Shown here: one piece after another, positions 10,626-17,669 of the stretch
How the letters are laid out: every line of letters begins with the position of its first letter
Numbering within the stretch: position 1 is the first letter of the stretch
From: an uncultured Planctomycetia bacterium
GTDB lineage: Bacteria; Omnitrophota; Gorgyraeia; Kaelpiales; Kaelpiaceae
Assembly (NCBI GenBank): GCA_964562345.1
Contig: CAZLTA010000001.1
Span: forward strand, 1-26,354
Direction: 5' to 3'
DNA length: 26,354 nt
Program-made: the position numbers and the translations under genes
Notes under the pieces: generated by a model
Databases searched by the model: none
Seen by the model: only the letters and a program-made list of their open reading frames with translations
Told to the model about the DNA's origin: nothing

Positions 10626-12092
10626 ATGGATAAAAAAGTGCTTATTGCAACAGGCCTTTCTTTTTTAGTTTTATTAGTGTATCCGCATTATCTGAAAAAA
10701 ATGGGTATTCAACCGCAAAAAAGATACGTTCAGATTCAGCCCAGCAAAGAGGCCATAGTGCATGATACGGTTATAACGCATGATACGGTTGCTGTTGATA
10801 CGGTTCAGGCAGATGATACGGTTTTAGACAATGACTTGCTTAAATTGATTATTAATTCAAAAACAGGTACTATAAAAAAAGTCTATTGGAAAGAAAATAA
10901 AACAGGGCAACCTCTTTACTCATTGAAAGAAAAGAAGTTAGGTCTGTTTGCCCCAACCGTATCAACCGTATCATTTCAAAGCCGATTGAATTCCATGAAT
11001 AATGATATGGTTTTAAATAGTCAAACAGCGAAACGGCATTATGAATTAAAAGAGAATATTCTTACGACTGTTTTTGAAGGAGAAAAGGAAATAGAATTTT
11101 TTATCCCAACCAAATATGATTTTTCCTATCGGGACGCTCGGTATGTCAGGATGGTCATAAAAAATACCGCAGGCCCAAGTTATAGCATGAGGCCGGCTAA
11201 GTTTATGAAGAAGGGGCAGGAAATAAAAGGGGTAGATTGGTTTTCGCTGTCTTTCAGATATCGCTCCCTGCTGTTTGATCCGGACAATACTGTGGATTTA
11301 GAAATAATTCCTTCCCCCGAACAGGGCGGATTTGTTATTAAAATACAACTGAAGCAGGCTGATTTCGGAATTATAACGTATTTAGGGCCGAATTCCAGCG
11401 ATATTGTGGCTTCTTATAACCAGAATTGGCTCGGATTATTGAATTACGGGCACTTAAACAATGCGGTCAAGAAGCTTCTGGGATTTTTTTATAAAGTAAC
11501 CAGGAGCTACGGCTGGGCCATTATTGTATTGGCAATAATTTTTAATTTGATTTTTTCCCCGCTTACGCTTAAGTCTCAGAGGAGTATGAAGGGGATGCAG
11601 AAACTGCAGCCCGAAATCCAGGGTTTAAAGGAGAAATATAAAGATAATCCACAAGCTATCAACAAGGAAATGCTTCTACTTTATAAGAAACACAAGGTTA
11701 ATCCTATGGGAGGCTGCCTGCCGATGTTTTTGCAAATTCCGGTATTTATTGCCCTCTACAATACCCTGATGAGAAGTTATGAGCTTCAAAACGCAGCTTT
11801 TTTATGGATTAAGGACCTTTCAGAGCCGGATAGACTGTTTACGCTTGCTAAAAGTCTGCCGCTTATAGGCAATGAAATTAATCTTTTACCCCTGTTAATG
11901 GCCGGGCTTATGTTTGCGCAGCAAAAGCTTTCTCCCACAGCCAAGGTTTCGGGAGCGCAGAATCCGAATATGATGCTTTGGCTTATGCCGATATTTATGG
12001 GGGCAATCTTTTATAAATTTCCAGCAGGGCTTGTTCTCTACTGGTTTACCAACTCGCTGTTTATGCTGATATTGCAAGTAGTTAAGAAGTAA
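10626..12092 (+). CDS. yidC: Membrane protein insertase YidC, long form with periplasmic domain
   Basis: N-terminal hydrophobic segment, about 250-aa soluble domain, then YGWAII...PLT, KLQPEIQ.LKEKYK, VNPMGGCLPMFLQIPVF, FLWIKDLSEPD and GLVLYW. Confidence 0.96.
   Translation: MDKKVLIATGLSFLVLLVYPHYLKKMGIQPQKRYVQIQPSKEAIVHDTVITHDTVAVDTVQADDTVLDNDLLKLIINSKTGTIKKVYWKENKTGQPLYSLKEKKLGLFAPTVSTVSFQSRLNSMNNDMVLNSQTAKRHYELKENILTTVFEGEKEIEFFIPTKYDFSYRDARYVRMVIKNTAGPSYSMRPAKFMKKGQEIKGVDWFSLSFRYRSLLFDPDNTVDLEIIPSPEQGGFVIKIQLKQADFGIITYLGPNSSDIVASYNQNWLGLLNYGHLNNAVKKLLGFFYKVTRSYGWAIIVLAIIFNLIFSPLTLKSQRSMKGMQKLQPEIQGLKEKYKDNPQAINKEMLLLYKKHKVNPMGGCLPMFLQIPVFIALYNTLMRSYELQNAAFLWIKDLSEPDRLFTLAKSLPLIGNEINLLPLLMAGLMFAQQKLSPTAKVSGAQNPNMMLWLMPIFMGAIFYKFPAGLVLYWFTNSLFMLILQVVKK
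10763..11012. repeat. Cluster of the 10-mer TGATACGGTT in both orientations inside yidC
   Basis: Forward copies at 10763, 10781, 10796 and 10814. Inverted copies (AACCGTATCA) at 10955 and 10964. One-mismatch forward copy TGATATGGTT at 11003. Confidence 0.9.
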
Positions 12093-12109
12093 CTTTTCAC
12101 GTGAAAAGT
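12092..12109. promoter_or_regulatory. parS-like palindrome
   Basis: Perfect 18-bp palindrome ACTTTTCACGTGAAAAGT. It shares the 12-bp core TTTCACGTGAAA with consensus parS TGTTTCACGTGAAACA and lies immediately upstream of parA. Confidence 0.75.
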
Positions 12110-12110
12110 A

Positions 12111-12920
12111 ATGATAATATCGATTTGTAACCAGAAAGGCGGGGTGGGCAAAACCACTACGGCTGTTAATTTAAGCACGGCCCTGGCCTTAAAACGCCAT
12201 CAAAAGGTGCTTTTGGTGGATTTTGACCCTCAGGCAAATGCCACCAGCGGTTTGGGGATTAACAAAGATGAAGTAGAGTTTTCTGTTTATAATTTCCTGC
12301 ATGCAGAGGCAGGAAGAGAGGCTGTTTTGGAAACCAAAGTTAAAAATCTATACCTTTTGCCTTCTTCAATCTCTTTATGCGGGGCCGAGATTGAATTAAT
12401 AGAAAGTTCTGACAGAGAGTTCAGGTTTAAAAAAAGAGTTCAGGAGATTACTGCGGAATTCGATACGATTATTGTAGATACACCCCCGTCCTTAGGCATT
12501 TTAACAATCAATGCTCTGGTTGCCAGTGAGAGGGTTATTGTGCCTATTCAGTGTGAATATTACGCTTTAGAAGGACTGGTTGATTTTTTAAACACCTTGA
12601 ATCTGATAAAGGAAAGGTTGAATCCAGAGCTTGACATTTTGGGAATTTTGCTTACAATGGCTGATTATAGGACAAAAATAGCGCATGATGTGGAAAGGGA
12701 AATACGGCAGAAGTTTCAGCAAAAAGTTTTCCACACAGTTATCCACAGGAATGTAAGATTAGCTGAGGCGCCTAGCCATGGCCTGCCTATAGAAGTATAT
12801 GATACTGCTTCTGTAGGGGCTTATTGCTATAGGAACTTGGTGGATGAGGTTGCCTCAATTTTAGGAGAGGTTTATGGAGAAGAAGGGATTGGGCAGAGGT
12901 CTGTCAGCACTGATTCCTGA
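12111..12920 (+). CDS. parA: Chromosome partitioning ATPase ParA/Soj
   Basis: Deviant Walker A NQKGGVGKTTT, DFDPQANAT, DTPPSLG, PIQCEYYALEG, RNVRLAEAPSHG. Confidence 0.96.
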   Translation: MIISICNQKGGVGKTTTAVNLSTALALKRHQKVLLVDFDPQANATSGLGINKDEVEFSVYNFLHAEAGREAVLETKVKNLYLLPSSISLCGAEIELIESSDREFRFKKRVQEITAEFDTIIVDTPPSLGILTINALVASERVIVPIQCEYYALEGLVDFLNTLNLIKERLNPELDILGILLTMADYRTKIAHDVEREIRQKFQQKVFHTVIHRNVRLAEAPSHGLPIEVYDTASVGAYCYRNLVDEVASILGEVYGEEGIGQRSVSTDS

Positions 12921-13701
12921 GAAGACAGGGATTGGGTTCAAAAAATATAGAGAAATAGATGTTTCGAAGATAGCTTTAAATCCTCTTCAGCCCAGGAAAG
13001 CATTCTCCGAGCAGGAAATAGGCCATTTGAAAGAATCTATATCCCAAGACGGGCTTCTGCAGCCTATATTGGTTGTAATAGAGGGAGATCGATATAAGCT
13101 TGTTGCCGGGGAGAGAAGGTTCAGGGCTGTCAAAATGCTGGGTTGGGAGAGCATTCCGGCCTTGGTTCTTGAAAAGGTGGAAGAAGTAGAACTGCTGCGT
13201 AAATCTCTGGTTGAAAACATTCAGAGGTCAAATCTTAACCCGATAGAAGAAGCCCAGGCTTATAAAAAGCTGATAGATGAGTACGGATATTCCTTAGAAA
13301 ATGTAGCTGCTGAGGTCGGCAAAGATTTCTCAACCATCTCGAACACCTTAAGGCTTTTAAATCTGCCGCTTGATGTCCAGGAGGATTTACAGCAGGGGTT
13401 CATTTCTTCAGGCCATGCGCGGGCATTGCTTATGCTGCAGAACGAAACGGAGTTAAGGAGACTGCTGAAAATGATAAAAACGGGCAAGATAAGCGTTCGA
13501 GAAGCCGAAAAAAGAGCCCGCCAGAGGAAGAAAAAAGAAGCAGACCCTAATGTAACTGCTATGTTAGAAAAACTGCAAAGGAGATTTGGAACTAAGATAG
13601 ACATTATATCCAAAAAAAAAGGCGGGAAGGTAGAAATATCTTATTTCAGCAATGAAGATTTGGAGAGAATTTTAGGTTTACTTTTTAATGAGGAGGTATA
13701 G
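12874..13701 (+). CDS. parB: Chromosome partitioning protein ParB/Spo0J
   Basis: KGLGRGLSALI ParA-activating peptide, NPLQPRK, GERRFRA (CTP-binding box), ENIQRSNLNPIEEA and an HTH region. Overlaps parA by 47 nt. Confidence 0.96.
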   Translation: MEKKGLGRGLSALIPEKTGIGFKKYREIDVSKIALNPLQPRKAFSEQEIGHLKESISQDGLLQPILVVIEGDRYKLVAGERRFRAVKMLGWESIPALVLEKVEEVELLRKSLVENIQRSNLNPIEEAQAYKKLIDEYGYSLENVAAEVGKDFSTISNTLRLLNLPLDVQEDLQQGFISSGHARALLMLQNETELRRLLKMIKTGKISVREAEKRARQRKKKEADPNVTAMLEKLQRRFGTKIDIISKKKGGKVEISYFSNEDLERILGLLFNEEV

Positions 13702-14202
13702 GTGATAAACCAGACCTTGATACTTATCAAACCCGACGGGCTGAAGAAGTCTCTTACCGGCAATATTTTAACCCGGCTTTCCGAGACCAAATTGGAGATT
13801 GTTGCTGCCAAGATTATCCGTGTCTCGCGGGAGATGGCTGAGGAACATTACCGCCACTTAAACAAAGAGCCTTTCTTTGATGAGCTGATTTGTTATCTTC
13901 AGGGCGACCTGCATCAGCGTAAGAAAGTTATGGCAATGGTTTATTGGGGAGAAGATGCAATCCAGAAAGTGCGGGAAATTTCCGGCTCGACCAATCCGGA
14001 AGAAGCAAGCCCGACATCTATCCGGGGCCAATTCGGCCGCATTACGACAAAAGGGCTGTATGAAAATGTCGTTCACGCATCTGCCAGCGGGGAAGAAGCT
14101 GAAAGGGAGATAAAGCTGTGGTTTGCTCCCGATGAAATAATCTTTGACCTTTATCCCGCACGCATTATAGCGGGGACGAAAAAAACGAGGGTATGGGCAT
14201 GA
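13702..14202 (+). CDS. ndk: Nucleoside diphosphate kinase
   Basis: LIKPDG, EEHY, PFF, GSTNP, SIRGQFG, NVVHAS with the catalytic His, and EAEREI. GTG start after AGGAGG. Confidence 0.9.
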   Translation: MINQTLILIKPDGLKKSLTGNILTRLSETKLEIVAAKIIRVSREMAEEHYRHLNKEPFFDELICYLQGDLHQRKKVMAMVYWGEDAIQKVREISGSTNPEEASPTSIRGQFGRITTKGLYENVVHASASGEEAEREIKLWFAPDEIIFDLYPARIIAGTKKTRVWA

Positions 14203-15068
14203 ACTCGCAAAAAGAAAGAGCAATCAGAAGTATGACCGGATTCAGTAAAGCCAGCGCTAAAAATGCCGGCTGTGCCTGCTATGTGGAAATAAAGAGTGTT
14301 AACCACAGATATTTAGAGATTAACACAAAAGTTCCCGACGAATTTTTAAAGCTGGACATGGAGATAAAAAAAATAGCTAAAAGCTGCATCAAAAGAGGGG
14401 CGGTTTATTTAAATCTAAACTTTGTTTATGAAACAGGTGTTGATTTAAAAATAGATGACAGGTTATTTCAAAAACTGCTCAAGCTTGAAAAGGACATCGA
14501 GCAAAGGCATGGAATTAATCAGCCTTTGAACATTCATTACATCTTGAGCTATCCCGGGGTTGTAAAACAGGCCCGCCCTCAGGTGCCTTTTAAAGAAAAA
14601 AGAGAACTTGTCCTGGCCGCTTTAAAAGCGGCTCTGGGAGCGTTATTGAAAAGCAGGGATAAAGAAGGCAGGGTACTGCAGAAAGATTTACAAGAACACT
14701 TGAGTAAAATCAGGAAAAATTTATCTATTATTGAGGATATAGAAAAGATGCGGGAAGATGCTTTGCTTAAAAAAATGCAGAATGAAGCAGCAGCAAGGCA
14801 TAATACCCAAGGCGGCGGGCCCCACCAGATGCCTTTACCTTCGATTTCCGAGGAGGTTGTGCGGCTTAAAAGCCATATTAGAGCGGTAGGAGATCTTTTA
14901 ACAAAAGGCGGCATTATAGGCAGAGAATTAGACTTCCTGGCTCAGGAAATGAACAGGGAAACCAATACGATTTCTGCAAAAGCCCTTTCGTCTAAAACAG
15001 CCAGGTTTGTAGTGAAAGTTAAAGCAGAAATAGAGAAGATAAGAGAACAATCGCTAAATATCGAATAA
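14199..15068 (+). CDS. yicC: YicC/YloC family endoribonuclease
   Basis: SMTGF, EIKSVNHRYL, ISEEVVRLKSH, GRELDFLAQEMNRETNT, EKIREQ..NIE. I prefer ATG 14199 (ATGA overlap with ndk, GAGG 8 nt upstream) over 14193. Confidence 0.9.
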   Translation: MNSQKERAIRSMTGFSKASAKNAGCACYVEIKSVNHRYLEINTKVPDEFLKLDMEIKKIAKSCIKRGAVYLNLNFVYETGVDLKIDDRLFQKLLKLEKDIEQRHGINQPLNIHYILSYPGVVKQARPQVPFKEKRELVLAALKAALGALLKSRDKEGRVLQKDLQEHLSKIRKNLSIIEDIEKMREDALLKKMQNEAAARHNTQGGGPHQMPLPSISEEVVRLKSHIRAVGDLLTKGGIIGRELDFLAQEMNRETNTISAKALSSKTARFVVKVKAEIEKIREQSLNIE

Positions 15069-15085
15069 ACAAAAACTTAACAACC

Positions 15086-15328
15086 ATGGAAGCATTAAAT
15101 GTCGGCTATAATAACATAGTCTTAAAAGAAAAGGTTGTTGCAATTGTAAACACTGATTCTAAACCTGCCCGGCGATTGAAGGAGCGCGCAGAACGGGAAG
15201 GCAGGTTAATTGATGCGACCAGCGGCAGGAAAGCACGTACTTTAATATTGACGAGCAGTAACCATATAATCCTTTCTTCAATTAATGCTCGAACCTTAAG
15301 CCAGAGAATAAGTGAAGAGAAAAAGTAA
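15086..15328 (+). CDS. remA: DUF370 / RemA-family small protein
   Basis: LNVGYNNIV....VVAIV...SKPARRL......GRLIDATSGRKARTLI....HIILS. Sits in the conserved yicC-DUF370-gmk-rpoZ order. Confidence 0.85.
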   Translation: MEALNVGYNNIVLKEKVVAIVNTDSKPARRLKERAEREGRLIDATSGRKARTLILTSSNHIILSSINARTLSQRISEEKK

Positions 15329-15899
15329 GATTTTTATTATCTCAGGGCCTTCCGGGGCAGGAAAAACTACCATTGCCAGAAAAATATTAAAGGAAATAAA
15401 AGACTTGAGGAGAAGCATTTCCTGCACCACCCGCAGCAAGCGCCGGGGAGAACGGAATAATATAGACTACAGGTTCATAACAAAACAGCGCTTCGACGAG
15501 ATGGTAAAACAGAATGCTTTTTTAGAATGGGCGTGTGTTCTAGACAATTTCTACGGTACTTTGGGAGAAGATGTTACAGCTATTCTTCAAAAGGGAAATG
15601 ACGCTTTGCTCTGCATCGATGTTCAGGGAGCTGAGGAGGTATCTAAAAAAAATCCTGAAGCAGTCAGTATTTTTATTCTCCCTCCGGACCTAACAGAGTT
15701 AAAAAGAAGATTGATAGAACGTGGAGAGCCTTTGAAAGAAGTGGATAAAAGGCTGGCACTTGCTAAGCAAGAGCTGCAAAAAGCAGGCAATTATGATTAT
15801 ATTGTAATAAACGACCGTTTGCATAAAGCACTGGAAATGATAAAATCCATTATCTATGCCCAGAGATGTAAAACAGAGAAAAAGAGGAGGGGAATTTAG
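15312..15899 (+). CDS. gmk: Guanylate kinase
   Basis: ISGPSGAGKTT, SISCTTR..R.GE....DYRF, FLEWA, IDVQGA, FILPP, YDYIVIND. Confidence 0.96.
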   Translation: MKRKSKIFIISGPSGAGKTTIARKILKEIKDLRRSISCTTRSKRRGERNNIDYRFITKQRFDEMVKQNAFLEWACVLDNFYGTLGEDVTAILQKGNDALLCIDVQGAEEVSKKNPEAVSIFILPPDLTELKRRLIERGEPLKEVDKRLALAKQELQKAGNYDYIVINDRLHKALEMIKSIIYAQRCKTEKKRRGI

Positions 15900-16094
15900 A
15901 TGTCGTATGTAAAATTAGACGATGTGAAAGCCAATGTAGACAGTATTTTTAAAGCAGCTATTATTGCTGCGCAGAGGGCAATTGAGGTGGCAGAAGAGGC
16001 TTCCAAGCAGCAGCTTATTCTGTCTGAAAAACCTACCAGCTTTGCAATCCATGAGATGGAAAGAGGGAAGCTGAAATACAAAACTGTAAAATGA
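15900..16094 (+). CDS. rpoZ: RNA polymerase omega subunit
   Basis: 64 aa with AAQRA...KP...AI.EM..GKL, located between gmk and the coa genes. Strong SD GAGGAGG. Confidence 0.82.
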   Translation: MSYVKLDDVKANVDSIFKAAIIAAQRAIEVAEEASKQQLILSEKPTSFAIHEMERGKLKYKTVK

Positions 16095-16612
16095 AAACAG
16101 TTGTTTTAGGTCTTAGCGGCAGCATTGCTTGTTATAAAGGAGCTGAGGTGGCATCTCTTTTAACACAGAAAGGCTACAGGGTTTATACTATTATGACAAA
16201 TGCAGCGCAGGAATTTATTACCCCTTTGACATTTAGTGCCCTTACAGGCAACCCTGTTTTTACAAATATGTTTGAGGGTAAAACAACGCATATTTCTTTA
16301 GCCCGGGAAGCCGATTTAATTGTTGTTGCTCCGGCAACGGCGGCACTGATATCTAAATTAGCGGCAGGCATTGCATCTGACTTGTTGACCTTAACCGTTA
16401 TATCGTCAAGGGCTCCTGTATTGATCTGCCCGGCTATGAATGAAACTATGTATGAAAACAGCATTATACAAGACAATCTCAAAAAATTAAAAAAATCGGG
16501 ATACCATCTCCTGGGTCCTTATAAAGGATGGCTTAGCTGCGGTTATCAGGGGGAGGGAAGGCTTGCAGACACAGCAGATATTGCAGCTGAAGCAGAAAAA
16601 CTTTTGCAATGA
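16091..16612 (+). CDS. coaC: Phosphopantothenoylcysteine decarboxylase (stand-alone flavoprotein half of CoaBC)
   Basis: GLSGSIACYK, MTNAAQEFITP, HISLA, VAPATA, CPAMNETMY and LSCGYQGEGRL with the catalytic Cys loop. Confidence 0.9.
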   Translation: MKTVVLGLSGSIACYKGAEVASLLTQKGYRVYTIMTNAAQEFITPLTFSALTGNPVFTNMFEGKTTHISLAREADLIVVAPATAALISKLAAGIASDLLTLTVISSRAPVLICPAMNETMYENSIIQDNLKKLKKSGYHLLGPYKGWLSCGYQGEGRLADTADIAAEAEKLLQ

Positions 16613-17262
16613 ATTGCCTTATTTCTTTTGGCCCCCTAAGAGCATATATTGATGAGGTCAGGTTTATAACCAATCGTTCTACGGGCACCTTTGGCTACAG
16701 GTTATTAAAAGAAGCATTGCTGCGCAGATATAGTGTCCGCGCGGTAGTGGGTAAAACCGGATTTTCTCCCCCCCAAGGAGTATCTGCCTGGATTGAAGCA
16801 GAAGAATATGAGGGGTTAAAAAAAGCATTGCAGGAAAATTACTCTTGGGCAGATGTTTTAATAATGGCTGCTGCAGTCCCTGATTTTATCCCGCTGCAGA
16901 AAGAAGCAGGAAAAATTCCGCGGGAGAAAGGCAAATTGAACTTGAAGCTTAAAGCAACAGAAAGTATAATAGGAATCCTTTCTAAGAAAAAAGGCAGGAA
17001 TAGAAAAATATTGATTGGTTTTTCTCTGGAAAAAGAGGATGCGATTAAAAAAGCGCAGCAAAAGGCGATAGTCAACAATTTGGATTTTACCATTGCGGTG
17101 TCTTTAGATGAAAGAAAGAATCCTTATGAAAATCAGGATTGTTCTGTATCTTTAGTGAGCGCAGGCAGAGTGGAAAAACTTCCTCTGTGGAGTAAAAAGA
17201 AAATTGCAAAGTATGTATTTGATTTCATAGAGCAGAATAAAGATATCTTGCGCAAAAAGTAA
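16609..17262 (+). CDS. coaB: Phosphopantothenate--cysteine ligase (stand-alone CoaB-like, divergent)
   Basis: GP....ID.VRFITNRSTG..G, MAAAVPDF.P....GKI, LIGFSLE and SKKKIA match the CoaB half of CoaBC. ATGA overlap with coaC. Confidence 0.85.
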   Translation: MNCLISFGPLRAYIDEVRFITNRSTGTFGYRLLKEALLRRYSVRAVVGKTGFSPPQGVSAWIEAEEYEGLKKALQENYSWADVLIMAAAVPDFIPLQKEAGKIPREKGKLNLKLKATESIIGILSKKKGRNRKILIGFSLEKEDAIKKAQQKAIVNNLDFTIAVSLDERKNPYENQDCSVSLVSAGRVEKLPLWSKKKIAKYVFDFIEQNKDILRKK

Positions 17263-17276
17263 GATTTAGAGATAAT
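17248..17276 (+). promoter_or_regulatory. Candidate promoter for the tRNA-Cys/Leu/Val cluster
   Basis: TTGCGC (17248-17253), 17 bp, GATAAT (17271-17276), about 28 nt before tRNA-Cys. Confidence 0.4.
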
Positions 17277-17304
17277 TATTAAACGCTCTTTGTAAACATA
17301 TTAT

Positions 17305-17376
17305 GGCGGCGTAGCCAAGTGGTAAGGCAGTGGTCTGCAAAACCACTATTCAGCGGTTCAAATCCGCTCGCCGCCT
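17305..17376 (+). tRNA. tRNA-Cys (GCA); CCA not encoded
   Basis: Acceptor stem GGCGGCG/CGCCGCC, anticodon arm GTGGT-CTGCAAA-ACCAC, T-loop GGTTCAAAT, discriminator U. Confidence 0.95.
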
Positions 17377-17397
17377 TTATTGCGTAACCTGGAAGAT

Positions 17398-17483
17398 GCC
17401 GGGATGGCGGAATTGGCAGACGCATCGGACTTAAAATCCGATGTCCTGTGAGGGACGTGCCGGTTCAAGTCCGGCTCCCGGCA
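17398..17483 (+). tRNA. tRNA-Leu (TAA), long variable arm; CCA not encoded
   Basis: Acceptor stem GCCGGGA/TCCCGGC, anticodon arm TCGGA-CTTAAAA-TCCGA, variable stem GTCC/GGAC, T-loop GGTTCAAGT. Confidence 0.95.
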
Positions 17484-17490
17484 TTATTAT

Positions 17491-17567
17491 GGGCGGTTAG
17501 CTCAGTTGGCTGGAGCGCCACGTTGACATCGTGGAGGCCGCAGGTTCAAGTCCTGTACCGCCCACCA
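17491..17567 (+). tRNA. tRNA-Val (GAC); CCA encoded
   Basis: Acceptor stem GGGCGGT/ACCGCCC plus ACCA, anticodon arm CCACG-TTGACAT-CGTGG, T-loop GGTTCAAGT. Confidence 0.95.
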
Positions 17568-17568
17568 T

Positions 17569-17658
17569 ACAGCAATGTAAAAGTTAAAATGTAAAATTGA
17601 AAATTGAGGTCAGATAGGCAAAAATAAAGAGTAAAAATTGAAAAATGAAAAAGAAAAC
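17569..17658. repeat. 7-bp-periodic A-tract array filling the tRNA-Val/thrS spacer
   Basis: ACAGCAA TGTAAAA GTTAAAA TGTAAAA TTGAAAA TTGAGGT, then after a 1-nt phase slip GGCAAAA ATAAAGA GTAAAAA TTGAAAA ATGAAAA AGAAAAC. Confidence 0.75.
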
Positions 17659-17669
17659 CGGATTAAGAA

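Noticed and set aside
12987-14914. Minus-strand ORFs within parB/ndk/yicC
   Set aside because: Antisense shadows with no motifs.
10211-16556. KOPS-like GGGNAGGG at 10211 and about 16549
   Set aside because: Two hits in 26 kb are too few to show polarity, and the motif is not known to apply to this lineage.
17568-17669. T-box riboswitch before thrS
   Set aside because: The spacer is about 100 nt, A-rich and unstructured, with no T-box consensus or terminator/antiterminator.
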